Positions 38,733 through 50,990 of a DNA stretch of 64,000 bases are shown one piece after another. The translations under genes and the position numbers were made by a program. Under the pieces are notes generated by a model that saw only the letters and a list, made by a program, of their open reading frames with translations, ran no database searches and was not told the DNA's origin. Source of the stretch: Mobula hypostoma (taxonomy: Eukaryota); NCBI RefSeq assembly GCF_963921235.1, contig NC_086097.1, forward strand, positions 255,628,001 through 255,692,000, given 5' to 3'. Numbering within the stretch: position 1 is the first letter of the stretch; every line of letters begins with the position of its first letter.

Positions 38733-39447
38733 GCACCTCTTCCTACAGATGCTGCCTGGCCTGCTGCGTTCACTAGCAACTTTGATCTGTGTTGCTTGTT
38801 CTTACTTCGTTCACCACGATCGAAACGCTTAATTATGTCTAGTTTTACGCTAAGTGTAATACCCTTACGAGCTCTATTAGGCTTTTCCGATACCTTAGAA
38901 CTCATCTTGCTAACGGATGCTCAAAATAAATCAACATAAAGCACAGATGCTCACAGGCACGTGTTTAAGCAATGCTGGCTAGATTGCAGTTCCGGGGAGG
39001 AGCTTGGCTGCTCGGGGCATGCGCTGCATTTTTTCGTGCACTGCCTTTTTTGTAACAGTGAAAACACCTTCTGTTAGCGAAAACAGGGAACTAATGTAGG
39101 TCTTTTGTAACAGCGAGGTGTCATAAAGCGAACATTCGAAAAGCGGGGGACACCTGTACTCTTCTAGATCTCTATCATTACCTAGTTTTTTTGAACCTTT
39201 CGAAAGCTTTTCTTTTCTTATTGACTAGATTTTCAACAACATTTGTACACCACGGTTCCTGTACCCTACCATCCTTTCCGTCTCATTGGAACATACCCAC
39301 GCAGAAAGCCACGCAAATATCCCCTGAACATTTGCCACATTTCTGCTGTACATTTCACAGAGAACATCTGTTCCCAATTTATGCTTCCAAGTTCCAGTCT
39401 GATAGCTTCCTATTTTCACTTACTCCAATTAATCACTTTCCTAACTT

Positions 39448-39704
39448 AAAAATGCAAACACGAGTAAATCTGCAGAAGCTGGAATTTCAAGCAACACACA
39501 TAAAAGTTGCTGGTGAACGCAGCAGGCCAGGCAGCATCTATAGGAAGAGGTACAGTTGACGTTTTGGGCCAAGACTCTTCGTCAGGACAAACTGAAAGAA
39601 GAGCTAGTACGAAATTTGAAAGTGGGAGGGGGAGGGGGAGACTGTACCTCTTCCTAGAGATGCTGCCTGGCCTGCTGCGTTCACCAGCAACTTTTTTGTG
39701 TGTT
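39448..39704. mobile_element. Short fold-back PLE insert with decayed hammerhead
   Basis: 13-bp TSD ACTTTCCTAACTT (39435-39447, 39705-39717). Inverted arm starts GACTGTACC at 39640. Confidence 0.85.
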
Positions 39705-40779
39705 ACTTTCCTAACTTGTCTGTTCCTATCCCTCTCCAATGCTATGGTAAAGGAGACAGAATTGTGATCACTATTTCCAAAATGCTCTCCCACTGAGAGA
39801 CCCGACATTTGACCACGTTCATTTCCCAATACCAGATCAAGTCCAGCCTCTCCTCTTGTAGGATAATCTACATATTGTGTCAGGAAACCTTCCTGAACAC
39901 ACCTAACAAACTCTACCACATCTAAACCCCTTGCTCCAGGGAGATGCCAATCAATTTTGGGGAAATTAAAATCTCCTGCCACGACAACCCTGTTATTTCC
40001 AGAATCTGTCTCCCTATCTGCTCCTCGATGTCCCTGTTACTATTGGGTGGTCTATAAAAACACCCAGTAGAGTTATTGCACCTCAATGTCTGCTTGCACT
40101 CTTTCTGTAACTGTAATACTTTATTTTGCACTTCCATTTCCCTTGTCATACTTCAATGCACTGTTGCAACAAAATAATTTGTGGATGGCATGCAAGACAG
40201 TCTTTCTTCTGTACATCTGTACATATGGCAATAACAACAGGCTAATTCATATCTACCAATATCGTTCTCAATGACTGTCACCTTCAGATTTGATTCATCC
40301 TATAATTTTTTGCCAAGCCACTTGTGCCATCTTCCATGAGTCTAAACTTATAAAAATTCTCACTTTACATCTTAATTAAAGCCCTGTTCATCCAAAGCAA
40401 CACACAAAATGCTGGAGGAACTCAGCAGGTCAGGCAGCATCTATGAAAGTGAATAGACAGGTGATGCTTCAGGCTGTGACCCTTCATCAGCACTGGAAAG
40501 GAAGGGGGAAGAGACCAGAATAAAAATGTGAGGTGGGGGGGGAGAGAAGGGAAGTAGGACAGCTAGAAGGTGACATGAAGTTTGGTGGGTGGAAAAAGTA
40601 AAGGGCTGGAGAGGAGAGTGGACCACAGGAGAAATTAAAGGGGGAGAGGTCGGGGGGGGGGGGAGGGTGGTTATAGGCCTGTGAGAAGAGGTAAAACTAT
40701 CTCTATCTTTAAATTATTTCTGCCTGAATCTCTAGATCTCTGCTCCCCTAAAGTTCTGGACACTTCCTTCTTTACAATT

Positions 40780-41070
40780 TTTATTTATTTAATTCTTGAT
40801 CTACAGCATGGATTGGGCCCTTCCAGTCCTTCAAGCCACACAGCCCAGTAACCCCCAATTTAACACATACCCAATCATGGCCCAATTTATAAATACCAAT
40901 TAACCTACTAAGCAGTAGGTCTTTGGGAATGTGGGAGGAAACCAGAGCACCCGGAGAAAACCCAGAGGGTGGATGTACAGACTCCAAAAAGATTGCCTCT
41001 AAATTGAACTCCCAACTCCACCACCCCAAGCTATAACAATGTCATGTTAACCTCTCCACTATCATGGCAC
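40780..41070 (-). mobile_element. V-SINE-like (HE1-type) element with CR1-like tail
   Basis: GGGTTTTCTCCGGGTGCTCTGGTTTCCTCCCACA V domain; 3' GAAGGGCC...TGCTGTA tail. Confidence 0.7.
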
Positions 41071-41340
41071 CTAATTTTTGATTTCTTAATCATAGAAACA
41101 TAGAAAATAGGTGCAGGAGTAGGCCATTCGGCCCTTCGAGCAAGCTAATCAGCAAGCTTTCAAGCTCTGGTATTACCTCTGAACTTCACTCCTTTTCATT
41201 GCTTTCAATATATTTCTTCATATAAATAGTATCCCCTACAAATCTACTTCATGTGGTGCTGCCTAAATCTATGACTGTTAAACACTTGCCAATGAAGCTT
41301 CCACCACACCACCATAATTTAACTTTTCTACACAACCATT

Positions 41341-41592
41341 GACCCGGCTGGTGGCATCAGTGTCGGACTTCTGGACAAAAGGTCCTGGGTTCGAATCCAG
41401 CTGGCTCCCCTGCGCGCTTTCCATCCATGCTGGGTTACGAGCTGGTGATCTCTTTGGAAACTCACCCGGCAGAAGGCTTGCGAACCACTGCCGTAACTTG
41501 CCTCGTACACGCGGTTCCCCACTACGTCAGAGAGGCATGGAGAGAAATCGTCTGCTAATCGGAGAAACTCCGGATGCGGAGTACCTTTCCTT
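41341..41592 (+). mobile_element. tRNA-derived SINE
   Basis: B box GGTTCGAATCC, (CCTTT)n tail, 12-bp TSD TACACAACCATT (41329-41340, 41593-41604). Confidence 0.85.
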
Positions 41593-41690
41593 TACACAAC
41601 CATTACCATAGACAGAATGCAAGGTGAAGTGATAAATTTGAGCACAACTTGTAGTCCAGTCCGACTGATTTCCTCAGTATCAATACTTAC

Positions 41691-41810
41691 TGGTAATTTC
41701 GTTAATGCAGGATTGTTGACATGTTTGCCAAATGCATCTTCCTGGAACTGGAGAAGCTGAACCACAAGACTAGCCAGTGTTTTGTTCGAAGGTGAATCCG
41801 CCTGTACAAA
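41691..41810 (-). CDS. SMARCC1: SMARCC1 exon 2 (120 nt), [40 protein letters not shown]
   Basis: Acceptor TTTTTTCAG, donor GTAAGT, phase 0/0. NKTLA and EDAFGKHV are SMARCC1-type rather than SMARCC2-type. Confidence 0.93.
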
Positions 41811-41823
41811 CTGAAAAAAAAAA

Positions 41824-42153
41824 TTAAAGATTAAAGACTAGCTTTGTAAAATGTACATTGAAACATGGTGAAATACATTGGTAGCAGTAACTACCAACAC
41901 AGATCAAGGATGTACTGGAGGCAATCTGCAAGAGTCACTATTGTTCCGGCGCAAACGTAGCATGCCCACAACTTGCTAACCCTAACCCATAAGCTGTTAG
42001 AATGTGTGAGGAAACCAGAGCACTTGGGGAAAAAAACCAATGTAGTGACAGGAAGATTGTACATTGAACAAACTTCAATGGACAACAGGTATCAAACCCC
42101 TGATCACTGGCACTGTAAAGCTTTACACTAACCACCAAGCAACCATGCTGCCC
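41824..42153 (-). mobile_element. V-SINE-like element
   Basis: tRNA-like head GGGCAGCATGG...GGTTTGATACC; V-domain-like GTGCTCTGGTTTCCTCACACA; (ATCTTTA)n tail. Confidence 0.7.
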
Positions 42154-42392
42154 AAAGCACAAAAAAAATTATCAAAACAAGATTTATATACTTGCATGCT
42201 TGGCAAAGTTCAATAGCAAACATGAAGAATTTCCACATCATACCAGAATTTTTTTCTCTGATTATATCCAATGAGGGGCTGTTTTAGATTTCAACACATC
42301 CAATCAACTGAATTATTGAATTTACATCAAGCAACACACATAAAAGTTGCTGGTGAACGCAGCAGCCCAGGCACCATCTCTAGGAAGAGATA

Positions 42393-42430
42393 CAGTCGAC
42401 ATTTCGGGCCGAGACTCTTCGTCAGGACTA
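42393..42430 (-). ncRNA. Hammerhead motif, slightly decayed
   Basis: UAGUC-CUGACGA-AGAGUCUCGGCCC-GAAA-U-GUC/GACUG. Confidence 0.65.
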
Positions 42431-42796
42431 ACTGAAAGAAGAGCTAGTAAGAGATTTGAAAGTGGGAGGGGGAGGGGAGATCCGAAATGATAGGAGGAGA
42501 CAGGAGGGGGAAGGATGGAGCCAAGAGCTGGACAGTTGATTGGCAAAAGGGATATGAGAGGATCATGGGACAGGAGGCCCAGGGACAAGGAAAAGGGGGA
42601 GGGGGGAAAAAACCCAGAGGATGGCCAAGGGGTATAGTCAGAGGGAGAAAAAGGAGAGAGAGAGAAAGAATGTGTGTATATAAATAAATAATGGATGGGG
42701 TACGAGGGGGAGGTGGGGCATTAGCGGAAGTTAGAGAAGTCAATGTTCATGCCATCAGGTCGGAGGCTACCCAGACGGAATATAAGGTGTTGTTAT

Positions 42797-44077
42797 AAGG
42801 AAAATCATGTCTGACGAATCTCAGAATTTTTTGAGGATGTAACTAGTAGAGTGGATAGGGGAGAACCAGTGGATGTGGTATATTTGGATTTTCAAAAGGC
42901 TTTTGACAAGGTCCCACACAGGAGATTAGTGTGCAAACTTAAAGCACACGGTATTGGGGGTAAGGTATTGGTGTGGGTGGAGAATTGGTTAGCAGACAGG
43001 AAGCAAAGAGAGGGAATAAACGGGACCTTTTCAGAATGGCAGGCGGTGACTAGTTGGGTACCGCAAGGCTCAGTGCTGGGACCCCAGTTGTTTACAATAT
43101 ATATTAATGACTTGGATGAGGGAATTAAATGCAGCATCTCCAAGTTTGCGGATGACACGAAGCTGGGTGGCAGTGTTAGCTGTGAGGAGGATGCTAAAAG
43201 GATGCAGGGTGACTTGGATAGGTTGGGTGAGTGGGCAAATTCATGGCAGATGCAATTTAATGTGGATAAATGTGAAGTTATCCACTTTGGTGGCAAAAAT
43301 AGGAAAACAGATTATTATCTGAATGGTGGCCGATTAGGAAAAGGGGAGGTGCAACGAGACCTGGGTGTCATTATACACCAGTCATTGAAAGTGGGCATGC
43401 AGGTACAGCAGGCAGTGAAAAAGGCGAATGGTATGCTGGCATTTATAGCGAGAGGATTTGAGTACAGGAGCAGGGAGATACTACTGCAGTTGTACAAGGC
43501 CTTGGTGAGACCACACCTGGAGTATTGTGTGCAGTTTTGGTCCCCTAATCTGAGGAAAGACATCCTTGCCATAGAGGGAGTACAAAGAAGGTTCACCAGA
43601 TTGATTCCTGGGATGGCAGGACTTTCATATGAAGAAAGACTGGATGAACTGGGCTTGTACTCGTTGGAATTTAGAAGATTGAGGGGGGATCTGATTGAAA
43701 AGTATAAGATCCTAAAGGGATTGGACAGGCTAGATGCAGGAAGATTGTTCCCGATGTTGGGGAAGTCCAAAACGAGGGGCCACAGTTTGAGGATAGAGGG
43801 GAAGCCTTTTCGGACCGAGATTAGGAAAAACTTCTTCACGCAGAGAGTGGTGAATCTGTGGAATTCTCTGCCACAGGAAACAGTTGAGGCCAGTTCATTG
43901 GCTATATTTAAGAGGGAGTTAGATATGGCCCTTGTGGCTACGGGGGTCAGGGGGTATGGAGGGAAGGCTGGGGCGGGGTTCTGAGTTGGATGATCAGCCA
44001 TGATCATAATAAATTGCGGTGCAGGCTCGAAGGGCTGAATGGCCTACTCCTGCACCTATTTTCTATGTTTCTATGTT
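42797..44077 (+). mobile_element. Young CR1 family A copy inserted into a Penelope-like fragment
   Basis: RT ORF 42851-43984. The PLE GIY-YIG C-terminal coding sequence resumes on both sides. Confidence 0.93.
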
Positions 44078-44776
44078 CCTCCAACCTGAGTGTGGCTTCA
44101 TCTTCACAGTAGAGGAGGCCGTGGATAGACATATCAGAATGGGAATTGGACGTGGAATTAAAATGTGTGGCCACTGGGAGATCCTGCTTTCTCTGGCGGA
44201 CAGAATTAACACCTCCATATCATACCTCCCCAGTTAGAAAATTCTTACACATATCCCCTCATTTGCCAAGTAATCCACCCACAATTGCTTTTTAAAATAA
44301 CGTTTCTCCTTCTTGGCTCTTCTCAATTTGTCTACTGCCTTTGCAACATTTGATTACATCCATGCGCATATCAGTGCAATGGCCCTGGCCTACTTAGAGC
44401 ATTTATTTATCTATGCTAGAAGCTCAAAGACAGCCAGCACCTATAAAAAGAGCAAACGAATTACTACTTCGGGCTGCTTGACAAAGAACCTTGAACCAGA
44501 AACATTAACTGCTTTTTTCATAATTGCTGCCTGACTTGCCGACTTTCCAGTATTTTCGTGTTTTATTGCACCTTATAGAGGCTGTGAAGAGGCAAGGGTT
44601 AAGATAATGTCTAAGCAAGGATAGTTTACTGATACTGTGCAATCAACCCAGACAAGAAAAGTCTTTGAAGACCACAGCTTCTGTGTGTACAGCAGGGGAC
44701 CAGAGCTATTTGCATAGAGACAAGATAAGGAGGTAAACGAAGGATTCTGGGATGCCACTTATGATTGGTCAGTTAC

Positions 44777-47700
44777 TTCAAGTCAAGTCACTTTTTATTG
44801 TCATTCCAACCACAACTGCTGGTACAGTACAGAGTAAAAACGAGACAACGTTTTTTCAGGACCATGGTGCTACATGAAACAATACAAAAACTACACTGAA
44901 CTACGTAAAACAACAACAACTACACTAGATGACGGACCTACCCAGGACTGCATAAAGTGCACAAAATAGTGCAGGCATTACAATAAATAATAAAGACAAT
45001 AGGCACAGTAGAGGGCAGTAGGTTGGTGTCAGTCCAGGCTCTGGGTATTGAGGAGTCTGATGGCTTGGGGGAAGAAACTGTTACATAGTCTGGTCGTGAG
45101 AGCCCAAATGCTTCGGATGCCTGCCAAATGGCAGGAGGGAGAACAGTTTGTATGAGGGGTGCGTGGGGTCCTTCACAATGCTGTTTGCTTTACGGATGCA
45201 GTGTGTGGTGTATATGTCTGTAATGGCGGGAAGAGAGACCCCGATGAGCTTCTCAGCTGACCTCACTATCCACTGCAGGGTCTTGCGATCCTAGATAGTG
45301 CAATTTCCAAATCAGGCTGTGATGCAGCAGCTCAGGATGCTCTCAATACAACCTCTGTAGAGTGTGGTGAGGATGGGGGGGTGGGAGATGGACTTTTCTC
45401 AGCCTTCGCAAAAAGTAGAGACACTGCTGGGCTTTCTTTGCTATGGAGCTGGTGTTGAGGGACCAGGTGAAGACCAAGAAATTTGGTGCTCTTAACGATC
45501 TCTACGGAGGAGTCGTCAATGTTCAGCGGAGAGTGGTCACTCCATGTCCTCCTGAAGTCAACAGCCATCTCTTTTGTTCACATTCAGAGACAGGTTGTTG
45601 GCTCTGCACCAGTCTGTTAGCCGCTGCACCTCCTCTCTGTATGCTGACTCATCGTTCTTGCTGATGAGACCCACCACAGTCGTGTCGTCGGCGAACTTGA
45701 TGATGTGGTTCGAGCTGTGTGTTGCAGCACAGACGTGGGTCAGCAGAGTGAACAGCAGTGGACTGAGCACACAGCCCTGGGGGGGCCCCGTGCTCAGGGT
45801 GATGGTGTTGGAGATGCTGCTTCCAATCCGGACTGACTGAGGTCTCCCAGTCAGGAAGTCCAGGATCCAGTTGCAGAGGGAGGTGTTCAGGCCCAGTAGG
45901 CTCAGCTTTCCAGTCAGTTTCTGAGGAATGATTGCGTTGAATGCTGAACTGAAGTCTATGAACAGCGTTCGAATGTACGTGTCTTTTGTCTAGGTGTGTT
46001 AGGGCCAGGAGAGTGATGGCAATGGCATCGTCTGTTGAATGGTTGGGACGGTACGTGAACTGCAGGGGGTCCAGTGAGGGGGACAGCAGGGTCTTGATGT
46101 GTCTCATGACGGGCCTCTCGAAACACTTCATGATGATGGGTGTGAGTGCGACGGGATGGTAGTCGTTGAGGCAGGACACTGAAGACGTCTTCGGCACAGG
46201 GACGATGGTGGAGGCCTTGAAGCACGTAGGAACGATGGCGCTGCTCAGGGAGATGTTGAAGATGTCAGTGAGAATCTCTGCTAGCTGGTCTGCACATCCT
46301 CTAAGCACTCTGCCAGGAATATTGTCTGGTCCAGCAGCTTTCCGGGGTTGATCCTGCACAGGGTTCTCCTCACATCAGCCACGGTAAGACACAGCACCTG
46401 GTCATTAGGAGGAGGGGTAGTCTGCCTCGCTGCCACGTCATTTTCCGCCTCAAAACAAGCGTAGAAGTTGTTTAACGCATCTGGGAGGGAGGCATCAACA
46501 GCACAGGCAGGTGGTGTTGTCTTATAGTTGGTGATGTCCTGAATGCCCTTCCACATGCGCCGCGTGACGCATCCTGGAAGTGGCTGTGGATTTGCTGGGT
46601 GTGTTCACGCTTTGCCTCTCTGATGGCCCAGGACAGTTTGGCCCTCGCTGTTGTTAGGGCTGCCTTGTCGCCTGCTCTGATGGCGTTTTCACATTCTGAT
46701 GGAATCTGGGGAGCAATGACTTGACGTTCGTGTGGTTAAAATCTCCAGCAACAATAAACAGTCCATCAGGGTGTGCATTCTGCAGTTCACTAATAGCCCC
46801 ATACAGTTAACAGAGGACCTCCTTAGCATTAGCGCTGGGGGAATGTTCACACCAACTATAAGGGCAGTGGTGAATTCCAGTGGTAAATAAAATGGTCTGC
46901 ATCGAACAGTCACAAACTCCACTAATAGAAACCATAGAAACTACAGCACAGAAACAGGCCTTTTGGCCCTTCTTGGCTGTGCCGAACCATTTTCTGCCTA
47001 GTCGCACTGACCTGCACACGGACCATATCCCTCCATACACCTCCCATCCATGTATCTGTCCAATTAATTCTTAAATGTTAAAAAAGAACCCGCATTTTCC
47101 ACCTTGTCTGGCAGCTCATTCCATACTCCCACCACTCTCTGTGTGAAGAAGCCCCCACTAATGTTCCCTTTAAACTTTTCCCCCCTCACCCTTAACCCAT
47201 GTCCTCTGGGTTTTTTTCTCCCCTTGTCTCAGTGGAAAAAGCCTGTTTGCATTCACTCCCATCTATACCCATCATAATTTTATATACCTCTATCAAATCT
47301 CCCCTCATTCTTCTACGCACCAGGGAATAAAGTCCTAACCTATTCAACCTTTCTCTGTAACTGAGTTTCTCAAGTCCCGGCAACATCCTTGTAAACCTTC
47401 TCTGCACTCTTTCAACCTTATTTATATCCTTCCTGTAATTTGGTGACCAAAACTGAACACAATACTCCAGATTCGGCTTCACCAATGCCTGAAACAACCT
47501 CATCATAACATTCCAGCTCTTATACTCAATACTTTGTTTAATAAAGGCCAATGTACCAAAAGCTCTCTTTACCACCCTATCTACTTGTGACGCCACTTTT
47601 AGGGAATTTTGTACCTGTATTCCCAGATCCCTCTGTTCCACTGCACTCCTCAGTGCCTTACCATTAACCCTGTATGTTCTACCTTGGTTTGTCCTTCCAA

Positions 47701-50700
47701 CGTGCAATACCTCACACTTGTCTGTATTAAACTCCATCTGCCATTTTTCAGCCCATTTTTCCAGCTGGTCCAAGTCCCTCTGCAGGCTCTGAAAACCTTC
47801 CTCACTGTCTACTACACCTCCAATCTTTGTATCATCAGCAAATTTGCTGATCCAATTTACCACATTATCATTCAGATCATTGATATAGATGACAAATAAC
47901 AATGGACCCAGCACTGATCCCTGTGGCACACCACTAGTCACAGGCCTCCACTCAGAGAAGCAATTCTCTACTACCACTCTTTGGCTTCTTCCATTGAGCC
48001 AATGTCTAATCCAATTTACCACCTCTCCATGTATACCTAGCAACTGAATTTTCCTAACTAACCTCCCATGCGGGACCTTGTCAAAGGCCTTACTGAAATC
48101 CATGTAGACAATATCCACTGCCTTCCCTTCATCCACTTTCCTGGTAACCTCCTCGAAAAACTCCAATAGATTGGTCAAACATGACCTATCACGCACAAAG
48201 CCATGTTGACTCTCCCTAATAAGTCCCTGTCTATCCAAATGCTTGTAGATTCTGTCTCTTAGTACTCCCTCCAATAGCTTACCTACTACCGACGTTAAAC
48301 TCACCGGCCTATAATTTCCCGGATTACTTTTCAATCGTTTTTTAAACAACAGAACAACATGAGCCACTCTCCAATCCTCCGGCACCTCACCCGTAGACAG
48401 CAACATTTTAAATATTTCTGCCTGGGCCCCTGCAATTTCAACACTAGGTCCTTCAAGGTCCGAGGGAAGACTGTCAGGTCCCAGGGATTTATCCACTTTA
48501 ATTTTCCTCAAGACAGCAAGCACCTCCTCCTTTTCAATCTGTACAGTTTCCATGATCTCACTACTTGATTCCCTCAATTCCATAGACTTCATGCCAGTTT
48601 CCTTAGTGAATACAGACGCAAAAGACCTATTTAAGATCTCCATTTCCTTTGGTTCCGCACATAGCCGACCACTCTGATCTTCAAGAGGACCAATTTTATC
48701 CCTTACAATCCTTTTGGTCTTAATATACCTGTAAAAGCTCTTTGGATTATCCTTCACTTTGACTGCCAAGGCAACCTCATGTCTTCTTTTAGCCCTCCTG
48801 ATTTCTTTCTTAAGTCTTTTCTTGCACTTCTTATACTCCTCAAGCACCTAATTTACTCCCTGTTTCCTATACATTTCATACAACTCCCTCTTCTTCTTTA
48901 TCAGAGTTGCAATATCCCTTGAGAACCAAGGTTCCTTATTCCTATTCAATTTGCCTTTAATCCTGACAGGAACATACAAACTCCACACTCTCAAGATTTC
49001 CACTTTGAAGGCTTCCCACCTACCAATCACATCTTGGCCAAAGAACAACCTGTCCCAATCTACACTTTTTAGATCCTTTCTCATTTCTTCAAACTTGGCC
49101 TTCTTCCAGTTCAGAACCTCAACCCTAGGACCAGATCTATCCTTGTCCATATCAAATTGAAACTAATGGTGTTATGATCACTGGAACCAAAGTGCTCCCC
49201 TACACAGACTTCCGTCACTTGCCCTAACTCGTTTCCTAACAGGAGATCCAATATTGCATCCTCTCTAGTTGGTCCCTCTATATATTGATTCAGAAAACTA
49301 TCCTGAACACATTTTACAAACTAAACCATCTAGACCCCTAACAGTATGGGAGTCCCAATCAATGTATGGAAAATTAAAATCCCCTACCACCACAACCTTA
49401 TGTTTCCTGCAGTTGCCTGCTATCTCTCTGCAGATTTGCTCTTCTAAATCTCGTTGACTATTGGGTGATCTGTAATACAATCCCACTAATGTGGCCATAC
49501 CTTTCCTGTTTCTCAGTTCCACCCATAAGGACTCAGTAGCCAAGCCCTCTAATTTGTCCTGCCTGAGCACTGCTGTAATATTTTCCCTAACAAGCAATGC
49601 TACTCCCCCACCTTTCATTCCTCTGCCTAGATCACGTCTGAAACATCGGAACCCTGGAATATTAAGCTGCCAGTCCTGCCCCTCCTGTAGCCAAGTTTCA
49701 CTAATTGCTATAACATCATAATTCCACGTGTCAATCCACGCCCTCAACTCATCCACCTTCCCCGCAATACTCCTAGCATTGAAATATATACACCTCAGAA
49801 GATTTTTACCACCACTCACAACCTTTCTATCAGCAGATTTGCTTGAACTTTCAACATCATTTATTTTCACCCCAGCCACACTGTCAGCTCTGGCACTCTG
49901 GTTCCCATCCCCCTGCAAATCTAGTTTAAAGCCTCACCAATAGCACTAAAAAAACTCCCTGAAAGGATATTGGTCCCCCTGTGGTTCAAGTGTAACCCGT
50001 CTCTCTTGTACAGGTCCCACCTGCCCCAGAAGAGGTCCCAATGATCCTGAAATCTGAAACCCTGCCCCCTACACCAGTTCCTCAGCCACTTGTTCCTCCT
50101 CCAGAGCATCCTCACTGGCACCTAGCACAGGTAGCAATCCTGAGATTACTACCCTCGAGGTCCTGCTTTTCAACTTCCTACCAAGCTCTCTATACTCACT
50201 CTCCAGGACCTCCTCACTCTTCCTTGCTATGTCATTGGTACCGATGTGCACCACGACATCTGGCTGGTCATTCTCCCACTTCAGAATGTCATGCAAGCGA
50301 TCAGAGACATCCTTGACCTTGGCACCTGGGAGGCAACAAACCATCCTGGATTCTCTGTCATGACCACAGAACCTCCTATCTGCACCTCTAACTATCGAAT
50401 CCCCTATCACTACCGCTCTGATGAACAGTATCTGGAAACCAGCCAAGTTCTTGCACCATTCCGTATTGATGTAAACACACAAGCCACCACCGCAAGTCTT
50501 ACCAGAAAGGGCTGCATCCCTGTCTGCTCGAAACAACATGAGCCCGTCCAGCTGAATGGCGGCATCCGGGATTCCGTTGGTGAGCCACATTTCTGTGAAA
50601 ATATACGCACAGCAGACTCTGTACTCCCGTCGAGTATTTCGTTGGAGTTGGATGCAGTCCAATTTATTGTCCAGGGAGCGGACATTGGAAAGCAGAAAGG

Positions 50701-50990
50701 ACGAGACAGCCGGCCGGCTAGGGTTTGATTTTTCCCTGGCATGGACTCCTGCCCGCTTGCCTCGCTTCCACTTCCTCGCACACCGCTTACGATGTTCCCC
50801 ACCTCCAGCCAGCGGCATCAGGCAACTCCGAGGACTGTAGGCCCAATCTCCTCAGCAAGCCGAGGTCTTGTAATTTAACCAGCAGATCTTCATGAAGGTT
50901 TGCTTTTGGGCGATCTCTGTATTGTAGCAGTATCTGGCGATGGTAGACAGTCGCTCTGTTATCCATGTGCCCTAATCAAAAATTATACTT
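44777..50990 (-). mobile_element. Rex1/Babar-clade LINE, long copy split by the CR1 at 46927-50419
   Basis: RKRGKRAG...[12 protein letters not shown] start, [44 protein letters not shown]; tail (TGACT)n. Confidence 0.85.
46927..50419 (-). mobile_element. Long CR1 LINE with ORF1 SGNH esterase part and frameshifted ORF2, nested in a Rex/Babar LINE
   Basis: VIGDSIVRG...VVVHIGTND esterase motifs, YFNARSI/ETW/GDFN endonuclease, RT 47192-48847. Rex sequence rejoins across the junctions. Confidence 0.92.

Larger units (their letters stand above)
34128..39156 (-). mobile_element. Tigger/pogo-like DNA transposon, internally deleted, with nested inserts
   Basis: TA TSDs (34126-34127, 39157-39158). 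Imperfect TIRs CAGGTTTCCCCC / GGGGGACACCTG. Transposase N-terminus (RKGITLSVKLDIIKRFDRGE) and C-terminus (KQSSIPSFFKP). Confidence 0.88.
32750..40080 (-). mobile_element. Degenerate CR1 family B, split by a Tigger (34128-39156) and a PLE insert (39448-39704)
   Basis: RT fragments 32750-34127 continue at 39157 (CCTTATA|TACTCTTCTAGATC), matching the uninterrupted copy near 21310. Confidence 0.85.
42327..44205 (-). mobile_element. Penelope-like 3' fragment (GIY-YIG C-terminus, UTR, pLTR) split by a CR1
   Basis: PVATHFNS...DMSIHGLLYC...LRLEEQHLIFRLGSL...MNIDFSNFR* across the CR1; hammerhead-bearing terminus at 42327-42430. Confidence 0.85.

Noticed and set aside
41341..41410. tRNA gene
   Set aside because: Only a B box and partial arms are present. 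It is the head of a TSD-flanked SINE.
2261..44007. Long antisense ORFs over CR1 copies (2261-3037, 37362-38054, 43315-44007 and others)
   Set aside because: Shadow frames of CR1 ORF2, repeated only because the element is repeated. No independent motifs.
50069..50818. 249-aa ORF fusing an APE endonuclease N-terminus to an SGNH esterase
   Set aside because: Chance read-through across the Rex/Babar-CR1 insertion junction at 50419/50420. Both parts are truncated TE sequence.
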